Of a stretch of 64,000 nt of DNA, positions 1 through 14,007 are shown in pieces (within the stretch, counting starts at the first letter, position 1; every line of letters begins with the position of its first letter). Both the position numbers and the translations under genes were made by a program. This DNA comes from Camelus ferus (taxonomy: Eukaryota), in NCBI RefSeq assembly GCF_009834535.1, contig NC_045697.1, forward strand, positions 12,216,001 through 12,280,000. The letters run 5' to 3'. The notes under the pieces were generated by a model that was given only the letters and a program-made list of their open reading frames with translations, did no database searches and had not been told where the DNA came from.

Positions 1-131
1 AAATTCTGTTCAGTAATGGCAGTAATCTCAAAGTTCAGCATCTCTGGATGATGCTTAGTAGTCCCTGTATTAGAACAGGAAAAAACTTTTCTCTTGTTAT
101 GGAGACTTGAAAAGACAAAGTATCCCTGCTT

Positions 132-155
132 ACACACACACACACACACACACAC
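132..155. repeat. (CA)n microsatellite
   Basis: About 12 AC units read directly. Confidence 0.95.
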
Positions 156-402
156 GTGTGCACTGAACATACAATGGTGGGATAGGAGCAAAATAACCGT
201 GGTAAACATTTCTGTTTAGAAAGCAGAAGAATGGGAGACATGAATGAATAGTTTTAGCAAATATTTTACCACAGCTAGCATGGATTGCCAACTTCCCAGT
301 CTCTAACAATAGTTTCCTTGCCACCATCCACTAGTTTCTAAGTCATAGCTAGATATTTTAGGGTTCCTATCATAACTGTACCTCCTTCTGGGTACCAAAT
401 TC

Positions 403-1317
403 TGTATTAGCCAGAATGGGCTAGGTTATATTCCAGTAATAGAAATACAAACTCTCAGAGGTTTAATACAAAGATATATTTCTTACTTAAACTATGCTCT
501 CCAAAAATCAGTATTGGGGACGGTGGGGAGAGCTGTTCCATATCTACTCAGGACCCCAGGTTTATGGAGCCCCACCATCTGGAAGTTCCCCAGTCACCAT
601 AACAAGACATAGGAGATGCTGAGTCATGGTCAAGGGCTTAAAGACTTCTGCCAATAGTGACATATTTCACTGTGTGAAGCAAATCATATGGCTATGCCTA
701 ACTTCACAGGAGCAGTATATCAGAGAGCTTCAGGGGCATAACAAACCACCCCAAAACTTAAAAGCTTATCATATCAGCTATTTGTTTAGCTCATAATTCT
801 GTGGAATGGCAATTTGTATTAGGCTCAGTGGGACAGTTCTGCTGGCCGGCCCTGGGCTCACTCAGGTGCTTGTGATTAGCTGCCTGTCAACGACACAGCT
901 GTTTCTGAGGATGAGCTGTCAGCCGGGACAGCAGAGCCATCAGGCCAGGATGTCCCTCATCATCAGGAGACTAGCCCTGGCTTGTTCACATGGTGGCAGT
1001 CACAGGGTTCTAAGAGCAGCAAGAGAGCAAGCTTCAATGCACAAGCACTTTTGAAGTTTCCTCTTGGGTTACATTTGCTCCAGGTCCATTGCCTAAGTAA
1101 ATCATATGGCCAAGCCCAGTGTCAATATGGGGAAATAGATCCTACCTCTTAACAGGAAGAGCTGCAAGACACATTGCAAAGGAGTGTGGAAAGAGGGAAA
1201 GAAGTGATTTGTGGCCGCGTTTGCAATCTACTGCATAAGGGGAAAGTGCAGTGCTATCATGTTCCCCCAAAGAAGGGGAAATAGAAATATTAATGAACAG
1301 AACTAATGAATATCATA
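403..1317 (-). mobile_element. MaLR LTR (MLT1J-like), split by a second LTR; MLT1 internal-region remnant to its left
   Basis: The junction ggtaccaaattc|tgtattag is the typical MLT1 internal/LTR boundary. The LTR text resumes after 1235. Confidence 0.65.
716..1235 (-). mobile_element. MaLR LTR (MLT1F/G/H-like) nested in the preceding LTR
   Basis: ataacaaaccaccccaaaactta...catatggccaagccc...tttgcaatctactgca motifs. Confidence 0.7.
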
Positions 1318-1761
1318 TCACTAGAATTTCTGGAAGAAGGAGATCATGGTCAGATATAATGAAATACACAAATAGAGTTAACTTTGGAATTCAGCTTGAC
1401 TTTGAAGAGCAAAGACTTTTCCATGGCAAGTATCACAGAGTATAATAATCTGATTACTTGACGTTTGTGTGAGTTCAATGAACATAGAGATAGGAGTGTA
1501 GCTTATTCACCTTTGTATTCTCACCATCTAGTGCTGTTCCAGGCATTTAGTTGGTGCCTAATATTTATTGACTGATTTGACAGATATTTGGGATATATAT
1601 AAAATCAAGGATAGAAAGAGGGTCATATCCAGGATTGTCTCCTACACTGAAAATCTAGTTACTCGTAAAGGAATTTTAATATAACAACAGATATATGATA
1701 TAAAAATGTTAATGATCTTTGGAAAGATGTTTTTGTTCTATTGTCTGTTTCCTATACATAT

Positions 1762-2248
1762 TGTATCATTGATTTATTGCTGTGTAACAAGTCAATCCAT
1801 AACTTAGTAACTTAAAAGAACAACCATTTGTTATTGCTCAAAATTCTACATATCAAATGGGCAGTTCTGTTTATCTGGTGAGGCCCTGCTGATCTTGGCT
1901 GGGACTGCTAATGCTAGAAGCTGCTTGATCTAGGATGGCCTCACTCTGGTCTGGAGTTTGGCTCCCTGTTTGCTAGAATAATGGGAAGGGCCAAGCCATG
2001 CATCTCATTATCCAGAAACTACTTTGAGCTCATTTATATAGTGGTAGCATATCAAGCAAAACAAGAGGGTGAACACTAATGTGTAAGTGCTTTTCAAGTC
2101 TTTGCTTGCTTTATGTTTGCTTGCTACTCTCCCATTAGCCAAGGCAAATCATGTGACAAAGCCCAAAGTCTGACTAGGAGGAAACTTACTCATGGCATGG
2201 ATACAGAAAGATATCAGAAAATTAGGGTCATTACTTCAAACCACCATA
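1762..2248 (-). mobile_element. MaLR LTR (MLT1H-like)
   Basis: ttattgctgtgtaacaa...aaacttagtaacttaaaa...ttagccaaggcaaatcatgtgacaaagccc. Confidence 0.7.
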
Positions 2249-3869
2249 AATACCCATCAAAGTTCACTGTTATCCATCTAAAACTTATAAGCACATGAAT
2301 AGAGTACCAAGTGTAGATATTAACCACTGGGAAAATTACATTTCATGATTTGTATGGTCATTTGGCAGTCAATTCCCAATCCAAGGTACATTTTAGGAGA
2401 ATATGATATAAACATACAAATAAATTGGAGTTGTTTGAAATACCCATGTTTCCCTAGTAGAGAAATTTAAAATTACAGAAGTGTATGATGAGTCATGTTT
2501 TTTGAGTTACTGACCCAAAATGAAAGCTATTCTTTTAATTTGCAACAAAAATAAACAACCCAGTATACTAGTTAAGATTGTAAAATACCTATTCAATTAT
2601 GAATTAACAACATGTAATACAAAATAATATATGTTTTATAATTTAATAAAATCTAAACCCTTTTGTATGAATTAGATATTTGGAATTATAACTTATAACT
2701 ATTAGATGACTTAATTGACTATAAAATTACTCATAATGCTGAAAAGCCTTTTTTTAAGTAAACTTTATCAGCTTCTTTAAAAATATCATACTTTGCTATT
2801 TTTTTTTTAGTTCTGAACTGTAATGCACTGCACTGATCAGAGATCTAAAAATCAAAGACAAATTTGATCAACCAATTATTAGGACATGGAACATAGCCCC
2901 CTTCTGGAAAATTTCTAATCAGCCACATAATCATATTATGCTAAATTTTATGTAACTTAGATTCATCCAGGTTTATGAGCCCAAGATTTCTTAGGTTTTT
3001 TTTTTTTCTTATGAGAGTTTGGACTGTAAGGACACCATTAACTCAGATATACATGCTGATGCATTTAATTTCAATACTATGGTTAAATAATTAGAGATAT
3101 ATAAAATAGATTAACGATTTTGTCTTTTTGATGCATTTCCAAATATTATCAACATCTTTTTTGTATCTTTTGTAGGGAACAATGATAACATTTCAAAGGA
3201 CGGAATAAAAATTGAAGAAGCAGAAATATATGATGATGCACTTTATTTTTTATACTGTAATATCTACCTATTTCCTATTACAAAATTGCCTTTTGTATAC
3301 ATAAAAATGGGCATGACATTGGGTCCAATATTGTCACTCTTGTCAGGGTGGTATCTCACATTTTCATTGTTCATGTTCTTTGTTTACTTCAACCATAGGG
3401 TATTTTAAGATAAATCTAAAATATACTTTTAAAACATTACTATTACACTCTGTTACCCTCTTCACACTAAATATCTTATATCAGATACAATTTTTGCTAT
3501 TTTAGGGAGACTCAGGCCCTAAACTGTCAGGATAACCAATACTGAAATTAGGGTGAGCATGTTTCCTTTTTCTTTTTTTTTTTAACTGAATCATGTACCT
3601 TTGAGCTTGGCATCTAAATTGAATAATTTTACCATCTATTTTTTCTTACATCCAGGCACATGTTAATAGCATCTGATCTATCACTACTCTTTTTTGTGTC
3701 CCCTTGAAATTATTCCCCCAGCCTAACTCATTATTATCATTTTCATTTCAGCCTTTAATAAAATTTCAATGTATTATATGCTTAATGATGGCAATTTGAT
3801 CCAATTAAATCCAATTTCATAGTTCAAAGTCAAATAAAAATGATATCTATAGCACCTAGGCTATTACAG

Positions 3870-4215
3870 TTTAGAAAGAGTACAGTTTGTTTAGGTCAAT
3901 CCCTTGCTTTTTCAGATAGGGAAATCGAGGCCCAGAGAGAATAAGCAATTTAGGTAGATACAAAATTTATAAGCAGTAGGCCCCAAATTAGATCAAATTT
4001 CTTGACTCCTAATCTTGACTTTTTTTGCTATAATAATGCCATCATTTGTTGAGCATATATATACAGTATTAATTCATTTAACCTTTCCCATAACCTTATA
4101 CAATAAGTAGTGTTATTAATATCCGCATATTGTAGAGAAGGAATTATAAATTGGCTCAGAGAAGTTTACTTGCCCAACATCACTCAGCTAGTCAGTGTTG
4201 GAATTGGAATTTGTA
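3870..4215 (-). mobile_element. two MIR SINE fragments
   Basis: MIR core variants cagataggggaaatcgaggcccagaga and ggctcagagaagtttacttgcccaacatcac. Confidence 0.7.
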
Positions 4216-5799
4216 TTTGTTGTTGTTGTTCTCATTTTTATTCCATTTTTTTCATTCTTTTTTTCTTCCTCTTTTCAAGTATTACTTGTCCCAAGTATTA
4301 CTATCAAACTCCGCTCATTGGGCCAGAGACTTTTGTGATCTTAGTGAAAAGCTTGCCCCTTGTGTAGCACACTACCTACATCTGGGAATTCATCATGGAG
4401 TTGGAAACTGAACACGTCTTTCCAAATTTAACGACCGTTTTACACTGGGAAGCAGTAAAGAAGGTGATAACGTTGCCTTGTGGAAAAAAATCAGAAATTG
4501 AGGAACCTGTATTTTATATGATTTTCATGAGTGGCTACTGATTATTTGAGGGAAAATAGTGACACAAACAAAAAAGCATGATCCCGCAGTATTTAATATA
4601 CCATTCAGCCAAACTGGGGTTTTTGCTGCCAGCCATCTGATACTTTCTCGATGTCTACTCTCACGGAGCTTGTCTAATACTTCTTTCTGTGCTCTTAAAA
4701 CACTTTACTTATACTTTTTCTCATGGATCTTATAATGTTCTTCCAAGTATTATAATTATTTATGGATGTATCTATTGTTCCACTCTATCACCCTGTAGGT
4801 TGTAAAGTCAAGACCTGGGTATTCATCATTTCTTTATACCTGTTTCTACACTTAGTTGATACCCAAGAGACTTTTGCTGAATTGAAATGAAAGGGTAGCA
4901 AGATGGGATTTTTTAAAAGAAAACATGAAAGACATAGGAATTCTTTCATTCCACCCCCTCCAACATTCTCAAGACCTACTCTTAAATCCAAAGTTATTTT
5001 TTATCTCTGATGTCCAGACAATGACAAAAGGTGGTGGCATGTTTCCATTTTACAGAGGTTATGTTTCAAATTAAGAAATTATTATTTGGCTTTTCTGCAT
5101 GTTAAAACTCCTCATACAAAATAAACCACAATGTCTTATGTGAATAAGGTGTATCATTTTACCCACCAATATGCCTTAAGGAACTGAAATATGAACAACT
5201 GATGAATTTGAAATTTTTTCCCATGCTGTTGATAATAGCTAGGATTGGGTCCCCAGTTTCAACATGCAGAAAATATTTAGATATAAAAATAATACAAAAT
5301 ACCAATAGTTCAGGCAAATAGGCCAAGCAGTAAAGCTCCGAAGTAAAATTCAGTGGATTAAAGAAGTTTATTTTAAAATATTACCATAAGGAAGGTTTAT
5401 TTAACCAGTAAAATATGATAGTAGTCCCTATTTATATCTACCTAGAGAATAGACATGAAATAAAGGTAGAAAAGGATGAGGCAATTAAATTATACTATGA
5501 TTTACCTTGATAAAGATATGAATTAAAATGTGAAGTTGATAAAACTTTAGTACCTTTTAACTTAGTAGTCAATATGTCAAAATTATAGAATATTTGAAGG
5601 TTTAAATTACAATAATAAGATTTAAATTATAATGAATAATCACTTATGCAACAGTGGAAGGTAAAGAATAGTCTAATATTATCCTATTGTAGACTTTCAA
5701 ATTTAATAGGCAAAATTACCTGATCTCATTATTATACACTAAAGTCATTAGGCTCTAAACCTCTAAACCAGAAACTTGAAAGAAAAAGAGATCTAAATA

Positions 5800-7480
5800 T
5801 AAAACCCAGCGACTCTTTGAATATCATTGCTCTTCCCCAATCTCTCTCTGTTTCTCCGTTGTTCCCAGAAAATAGAAGAATCCTAAAACAGAAGGTAGAG
5901 GTGAGAGGTCAGCTAAAAGCCCAGGGATTGGTTGAAAGATTGTGTAAGGAGCTCTGAGAACTACCCCTGCTTCTGGACTCCCTCTCCATCATGTATGTGC
6001 AGCCACTCCTTTTTATCCCAGCTCCTACAAGAGGTTGGACTTTTATTCTTTAGAGGAATTGGATTGGAGAGATTATGAATTTGAGGACTCCAAGTAGTAG
6101 AGGGAGGGGCTAAAGCTGCAGACTAAACACATCTTACTAAATAAAGGTTGCTAAATTTCCCTTTACTTGCTCCTCATAATACCCATAGCCAGATTTATAC
6201 CCTTTAGCAGGAAATTGGAGATCCTTCTCAAGAGAAACTCAAAAGTCTCACAGAAAAGACTTATACATGCTAACACTTGAATATCTCCTTAATGAAAAGC
6301 TGGCCATCTGATCATACTTAAGTAAGGTCCAGGAGTCATAAAGCGCACCCATTTGCACAGAGCGTCCAAAAAATGTTTTACTCATAAATGTGCACTGGCT
6401 GCTAAGAATCTTTAGACATTTGAGGAAAACATCCAACTTGAAAGACAGAGACCAAAACAAGCAGATGAAAGAAATTCAAAGTAAAACAGAGACAATGCAG
6501 GGAACACAAGAAAGCTTCCACGTAATTACAATTAGCATCTTCAAAAGATAAGATATTGCAACATTAAAACAAGAATTACTTTGAAACAAGATGCTATGGA
6601 AAACAGAGAATGAAGAATCAAGAAAGAGCTCTTGGAAATTAAAAATATTTCAGATGAAAATAAGGTAAAATTCAATAGCAGTGTTGAGAGGTGAAGACAG
6701 AAAATTTCTTCAAGGTAGCATCAAAAAAACCCAAAGAGATATAGAGACAGACAATAGAAGATGTGAAAATTTCAAGATCAATTTGAGAAGTCCAGTGTCT
6801 GAGTGACATGAGTTCCAGAAAGAGACTATAGGGCAAACTGAGGGGATGGTATTATCAAAGAAATAATTTTTAAAAATTTCCTAGAATTGAGGGAAATAAG
6901 CCTCTAGATTGGGTGGCTTCACTCCAAGACACATAATCATGAAATTTCACGATCCCAGGAATAATGAGAAAATTCTAAAAATTTCTAGATAGAAAAGGTA
7001 AGTCACACACAATGAATAAGGAATCAGAGTAGTATTGGACTCCCCAGCAGATGACAATGGAACTACTTCAAAATTATAACTCAAAGTGATCTCCAAACTA
7101 GAATCCTAAAACCTGTCAAACTATCAGTCAATTATGGGAATAGAGTAGATATTTTCAGGTTTGCAAGTTCTCAAAACATGTACCTCCCATGCACTCCTTT
7201 TCAGGATGCTACTGGGGTAAGTGCTTTCTTATAACTAAATGAGTAAGTGATCACAGAAACAGGGAATCCAACATAAGAAAGAGGTCAAAGGATTTCCCAA
7301 GGTGAGGAAGGACAGTTATAGCTGAGAGCTGGCAGAAGACCCAGAAAGTCCAAACGCAAGCAGGATGATGGAGGGATCCAAGAAAGAATATCCTGGGGCA
7401 AAATGGAGCAGAATTTATAACAGGCTTGACCTGGAGAAAATTGAAAATTGGAAGGATACTTGGAAGAGCAAAAGGAATTA
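5800..7480 (+). mobile_element. ancient L1/HAL1 5' region and degenerate ORF1
   Basis: Purine-rich strand. The broken translation near 6780-6990 gives VPER..GIIKEIIFKNFLEL..PRHIIMKF..EKILK, typical of L1 ORF1p. Confidence 0.75.
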
Positions 7481-7989
7481 GTAATAGGCACATAAATAAT
7501 GGAGAAAATAGAGTCCCAATATCTGTGACTTTGAATTTTTATCTTTGCTTTTTCTGTGTCTATGATAATGCCTGGCATGGAAGAGGATCTCAGTGAGTGC
7601 TTACTGTATGGATAGATGGATGGATGGATAGGTGGTTGAATTGATGAATTAATGAAATAGTATAATAGTGACAATGATAATAATAATAATGACTTTGTGC
7701 CTTCCTCCACCTAATAGTTCCTTAAACTTAGACAAACTTCTAGGAATGTTTATTGAATTTTGTGAATGCATATTGTTTACTTAATCATTTGTTAATCCCT
7801 TTATATTAGTCAGACTTCTTAGTTTTGAAAAACAGAACTTTAAATTTGTTTAATTAAAGTAGGGAATTTGTTAAAACTCTGAAAAATTCCAGGTGATATC
7901 TGCAGCCACAGAATGGATCCAGGTACTCAAAAATAATCTGTTTCTTTCTGTCTCTTACCATTGCTTTCCTCTTGGTTGTTTTCATTCTT

Positions 7990-8373
7990 TTTGTTTTTTT
8001 CAAATTTTTAAATTGAAGTATAGTCAATTTATAATTTTGTGGTATTTTCTGGTATATAGCATAGTGATTCAGTTATACATATATACCTTTTCAATTCTGT
8101 TTCATTATAGGTTATTACAAGATATCAAATATAGTTCCCTGTGCTATACAGTAGGATATTGTTGTTTATCTGTTTTATGTACATAGTTAGTATCTGCAAA
8201 TCCTGAACCACCAATTTATCCTTCCCCACCTCCTTTTCCCCTGGTAAGCATGTCTGTTTTCTATGTCTGCGAATCTATTTCTGTTTTGTAAATAAGTTCA
8301 TTTGTGTCATTTTTTTTTAGATTCCACATATAAGTGATATTATATGGCATTTTTCTTTCTCTTTCTGGCTTAC
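7990..8373 (-). mobile_element. 5'-truncated lineage-specific L1 3' end inserted in an old MaLR LTR (about 7803-8700)
   Basis: T-rich tail and L1 3'UTR text. TSD tgttttc(a/c)ttctt at 7977-7989 and 8374-8386. Confidence 0.9.
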
Positions 8374-8874
8374 TGTTTTCCTTCTTAGGTCAGATCTCCC
8401 CATGTGCTCATTACAGACTTAATCCCCCAGATTAGCAACACCACTTCTTTATTAGTTACTCTGAAATACACAGCTTAGTCAAAGTTGACCAACTTTTATC
8501 AATTTCTTGAGCCAATTATCGTGGCCAGGGGAATGGAATATTCTGAATGGTTAGGCCTGGGTCACATGAAGAACTCTAGAAACATAGATCAGCCTCATAC
8601 AAACAACATGGCCTCAAAATTAGGCAGAGATGGCTTCACAGAGGGCACTATTAGCAGGAAAAGGGAATCTAGATATCCAGACAGGCAAACCAAATAGCTA
8701 CTTTATTGAAAAAAATTTACCTACTTTACCCTGACCTCTATGAGACAGATGAATAGTCCTCCGAATTAACCTGTCAAAACAGAAAACAGTATTTGAGAAT
8801 GCTTGTAAAATTTGACTTTATATCTCATATCTCACCTCTGACCTTTCTAACTTTTTGGCATATAAATTGTGGAT

Positions 8875-9174
8875 CAGCTCTATTCAACAGAAATATGATG
8901 TGAGACACAAATGTAAGTCACATGTACAATTTTAAATTTTGTAGCAGCCATATTTAAAAAGTAAAATTGACATTAATTTTAAGAATATATTTTATTTAAT
9001 CCAACACATCTGAAACATTTTCACTTCAACACATAATCTATATAAAATTTTAATGAGGTATTTTACATTGTTTTCTCTGTACTGTCTTTGAAATTCTATG
9101 TGTGTTTTGCACTTGCGGCACCTTTCAATTAAGATTAACCACATGTGGAAGGAGGCTACCATATTGGGCAAAAT
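8875..9174. mobile_element. MER33-like hAT-Charlie element
   Basis: cagctctattcaacagaaatatgatgtgag...ccacatgtgg...gctaccatattgggca matches the recalled MER33 consensus. Confidence 0.8.
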
Positions 9175-10289
9175 ATTTCTGGACTGTGAAAACTCTTATA
9201 TTCTATTAAGTAAAGTCTTTCCCTCCCCCAACCAATTTCCTCTCTCTTGAACACCTTCTCTTTCCATTCTAGTCATCTTTCTTCCTTCAATCAAATAATA
9301 CAATGCATCAAATAGGATAATGTTAATTAATTCACAGTCATGATTTTGAAATGGGAATAAAAAGAAGTCTTCACGTATTTTCTACTCTTCAAGAATAAGA
9401 GCTGAAATAAAATGGCAAATCACTCTGGTGCTTTTATTTAGTATGAATTAAAGCAATATGAAACAGATGATCACATCTTGATGACAATTATGGTACTACT
9501 TGGCAGGAAGAACTGAAGAAGGAATTTGGCCTGGTAGTATTAAATAGCTGCCCAGATAGGTTCTACAAGGAATAGAAAGAGTGAGAAGAATCAAGTTATT
9601 CACATGCAGCTAATGAAATAGTTGCATCATGTAGTTGGGGTAATCTCAGTTGCTAAGATAGAATGCCTGCTAGTTAGCACACCTTTATTCCTCGAAGAAA
9701 TCTGCCCTGCACATAATCACTTTTGAGGATAAATCTTTAAATGTACTTTTTTTGTATGTTTAAAAAGCAGGCTCTTTTTCTATTATGAATCCCTTGATCC
9801 GGGGGTTTATTTTGACACCTTGAGGATTATGTAAAATTTATTGCCGAAGCAGCATTTTCTTTTAAAGCCTTGGTTTCCAAGCACTCTTTAAGAAAGATAA
9901 AAAATAAAATAAAAAGCCTTCTAAAATGTCAACTACTTTGGGATGGATTTTACATGATTTTCTCAGTTCAAAGAAAACTGCAGTATATATAAAAATGTGA
10001 CAGAATTTTCCTTTGCAAATTTATATACAGCTATAAAAACACTGTTCATTTTTCACAGAAATATCTTAAACAACTTACATTTGTATACATTGGGTGATTT
10101 AATTTTAAAAATCAATACTTAAGATATATACCTTATTGTAAAGTTTATCTTTCAGTCAGGAAGCAATACTCCACACATAAACACTCAATAAACATTTTCG
10201 GCATCTAATGCTTGTCAAGTGTTACACTAAGTGCTGGGTTTCCAGGATAAGTCACAGAATTGGCTTCTGTGATCACGACATTTGTCTAT

Positions 10290-10700
10290 AGTGCTTGTTG
10301 CACACTATTTGTTGGCCTTCCTTTTAGAAATTAGACCTTAATTTTCTCTTGAAGACCATTCCCTCTCCTATTCTCAGTTTATCTGCTTCCTATGGAATTG
10401 AGTCCATCTCTTGACATTAGACTTGAGCAGGTGACTCAGGATTGGCCAATCAGAAAATTGCAGTCCCTGACCGTGACTGGCTCAGAGACAGAAATAGTAC
10501 CTTGTCTGAGCCAAAGAGACACAGTGAGATTTGGGAGAGACCTTTGCTCTTTTCTACTAAATGTGCTACAACCGTTTTGCAACTAAGTACATGGTGCTTG
10601 AGAATAAAACCACCGCCAAGGAACAGAGCTAGCTCAAAAAGGAGAGAGGGAAACCAAGTCCGGGAATGAGCGCTGTCTAGAGCCAGACACCTTGGCTTCA
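10290..10700. mobile_element. old ERVL-class LTR fragment (LTR16/33-like)
   Basis: gtgactcaggattggccaatcaga...gtgactggctcagaga motif. Confidence 0.5.
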
Positions 10701-10815
10701 GACATGGAAAGGAGAGAATAAGCCCAATGAAGACAGTGAGTTGGAGGGGAGGGGAGAGTTCAGATTTTAGAAGGAGAAAGAGCATTCCAACTGGATGATG
10801 TAAGACTAAAGGCAG

Positions 10816-11118
10816 TACAGACATAGAAAACAAACTTACGGTTACCAAGGGGGAAGGGGTTGGAAAGGGATACATTGGGAGTTTGAGATTTGCAGATACT
10901 GACTGATATATATATATATAAAATAGATAAACAATTTTATACTGCATAGTATAGGGAACTATATTCGATATCTTGTAGTAGCTTAGGGTGAAAAAGAATG
11001 TGAAAACAAATATATGTATATTCATGTATGGCTGAAGCATTGTGCTGTACACCAGAGATTGATACAACATTGTAAACTGACTATACTTTAGTAGAAAAAA
11101 AAGTAAAGAAAAAAAAAA
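10816..11118 (+). mobile_element. young 5'-truncated L1 3' end with poly(A), interrupting an L2 fragment
   Basis: Perfect 14-bp TSD aagactaaaggcag at 10802-10815 and 11119-11132. Homologous to the L1 ends at 7990 and 37981. Confidence 0.95.
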
Positions 11119-12286
11119 AAGACTAAAGGCAGCTATGGTATGATGAATGGGGAAAACCTCAAACAGTTTTGAGAAGACATGAAATGACAATTTATAGACA
11201 ATAATAGAGGGATCAGAGGAGAGACTTGAGAGAGAGAGGCAAGAGACAGATCACGGAAGATCTTATCCTCCAGGTTAAGTAAGGAACATCACACAGAGGA
11301 TGGCAGGATGACTGACATATTTTAAGCAGAAGAATGACATGGTCATATTTGTTTTTAAATCATTTAAAAAGTGCTTTATTTAAACAAGCAGTTAATGAAT
11401 TGGAAGAAAAGCTGCAGGAAGAAGTAGATTATGTGGGGACAATTTAACAAGTATTAGATTGTGAACTCATCGAAGACAAGGTAATTTGCGTCATATCAAG
11501 TTCTATCTCTGATCTATCGTACTAAACCATACAAAACTGGTGATATTTGAGTGTGTCTGACCTATTTTAAAAAAGCAATCACATATGTTTAATCAAATAG
11601 AAGGATATTATATTCTTATAGGATAATGGCCAGAAAAGAGCATTTCTTGATTTTTTTCCTGTGTAGTTGCTTTGATTTAGAATCAGGGTTTTTTTCCTTA
11701 GGAGACATGGACATATTTTTATTGGAGACAGAACCCTCTGGGACATTGCAGGATAGGTTGAAGGGTACTAGAGGCAAGGAAAGAATTTAGAAGGCTTTAT
11801 CATAGTCCATTCAAGAGTTAATAAAGTTTGCAAATAGGGCAGCAGTGGGGAGAAGACAAAGAAGAAATGAAACATTTATTTATGTATTGGAGTTATGTTT
11901 TTTGAATCAAACTAATGTGTACACATGATTTAAGAATAAACTAGTACTGAATGGTTTTTAATGAAAAAATAAGTCTGCCTTGCACTTCCTTAATCCCAGT
12001 CCTGTTCTCCATAGCCAACTACTTTCAACTTTTTAACCATTTATATTAATAGTTATTCTTGTGGTCAGCCAGGACCTTCATACTCCATTGTACTCTGTAC
12101 CACTTGTATGTGGCAACTGTATGTGGCAACCCTGGATTAGCTCCCTATCTCTAAATAATACGTGTTTACTACTGGTTCCTGACTTCAGTTTTTGATACTG
12201 TCAAACTATCATCTATTTTCCCTTTTTTCCTACCTTTCAATATAGTTATATCACTATTTGAATACATGCTTTTAAACACGTGTGCT

Positions 12287-12669
12287 TGTTATAGGCTGAA
12301 ATATGTCCTGCGAAAATTCATACGTTGAAGCCCTACCCATACTACCTCAGACTATGACAGCATTTGGAGACAGGGTCCTGTAAGTTAAAATGAGCCCTTG
12401 AGGTCAGACTCTAAATCAGTCTGCCTGGTGCACTTATAAGAGGAAATTTGGACACAAAGAGACAATAGAAATGCGTGCAGAGAAAAAAGACCACGTGAGG
12501 ACACAGTGAGAGGGTAGCCATCTACAAGCCAAGGCGAGAGGGCTCAGAACAAAATCTGACACCTTGATCTCAGACTTCCAGCCTCCACAATTATAAGAAA
12601 ATAAATATCTGTTGTTTAAGCCACCAGGTCTGTGGCGTTTTGCTAGGGCAGCCCTAGCAAACTAATGCA
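12287..12669 (+). mobile_element. solo MaLR LTR (MLT1B-like)
   Basis: tgttataggctgaa...gcagccctagcaaactaatgca, with 5-bp TSD gtgct/gtgat. Confidence 0.9.
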
Positions 12670-13039
12670 GTGATTTAAAATTTGAAAATATCTAACACAA
12701 TTTTATTGCATGTTTCATCAACCAGAGACAATGTATTTGATTCTCCATTTCTCAAAATGAAGGTTTTTAGCACCCTTACCTTTCCATTTGCTCTTTCTTT
12801 CTCTTTTAGCTTCCACTTTTCATCATCTGCATTTTTGCCTCAAGTTTTTGATAACATTTACAGTCTATCCTGGAACCATACTTAAATGTTCTATGCTTTA
12901 TCTATGGGTTGATTCTAAAAACTGGTCATCTGTAAAAGTGGTCTGCATGTTATGACTGTGTTCACTGAATAGCCAAGCAGTTTAATTTTTATTTTCCAAG
13001 GGTTTTTGTTCTCTCTCTCTCCCTTTCTCCCCTACTATC

Positions 13040-13360
13040 AACTTGACAGACCTGTAGGTTTTCTGAGTTTAGGTAGGCTCAGCTCCCGGTTGCAGTTTGG
13101 GTTCATATGCACTCCATGTGCTTCATTCTGGGATCCATGGCTACTTGGGGCATGCTCTTCTCATGAGGATGACAGATGTGCACAAGGGCAAGCAAGACTC
13201 CATGATCTCCTTATATCACATTGGCTAACATTCCACTGGTCAAATCAAGTCACACGGTCAAGTCCAAAGTCAATGGGATGTATATTCTGCCCAACGTGAA
13301 CCTTGGCAAGATTGTGGGGAAGGGAAGGAAGAATCGTGAGCCAATCAGACAACCTACCAC
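13040..13360 (-). mobile_element. old MaLR LTR fragment
   Basis: cattccactggtcaaatcaagtcacacggtcaagtccaaagtcaatggg motif. Confidence 0.6.
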
Positions 13361-14007
13361 AGGTACCAAAGGCTATGGAAAACCACCATACTTTTCCCTA
13401 AATTATTTGCTTAATCCCTTTAGAGAAGAATGCTACTTTTTTTTTGTTTTTTTTTTTCAGGCATATATTTGACTTTTGTTAAAGTTCACACATATTTAAG
13501 AAAAAAGGCTCACATACATGGAATAATAAAGCAGTGGTATCTAGCACTATTGTATCCAGTATGCTGTCTAGTATCCAGCGCTGGGGCCCTATATAAAACA
13601 AGCACTCAATAAATATCTGAATGAATAAGTAAATGAATGCATGAATAAAAAGAAACTAGTTTCTTAGAAGGGAGCACTCAGATCAGAAAATTTAAAAAAT
13701 ATGTATCTTTTTTTTTCCTCCCAGATAATTGAGACAGTTTCAGAGTTATATATGAAAATGTATCTTACCTGTCCTGTGTTCATTCTCCTACTAACTGAAG
13801 TTCTTTGGTGAATACGTTTAATTTTTATCTTTAAAATACATTCAAGACTAATTTTAACTTGTTTGCTGCATTAAAAAATGTCTACTGTGCAGAAAAATTT
13901 GCTTGAAAATTTTAGAATTTCATAGGATAGCTGCTTTAGAATTTAAATGGAAAATATTTCATATTGGTAAGGTTCTAAAAGTCTTTTTAATCAACTAGCT
14001 CACTTTA

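Noticed and set aside
10450..11190. Longest ORF in the track (246 aa, minus strand)
   Set aside because: It runs antisense through an L1 3' UTR, an L2 piece and an LTR fragment, and is low-complexity F/L/S-rich.
11391..11480. Plus-strand exon-like NELEEKLQEEVDYVGTI*QVLDCELIEDK|gtaatt
   Set aside because: It has an in-frame stop and a poor acceptor, and its 3' half resembles the L2 motif tagactgtgagctc..gagg(g/a)caag.
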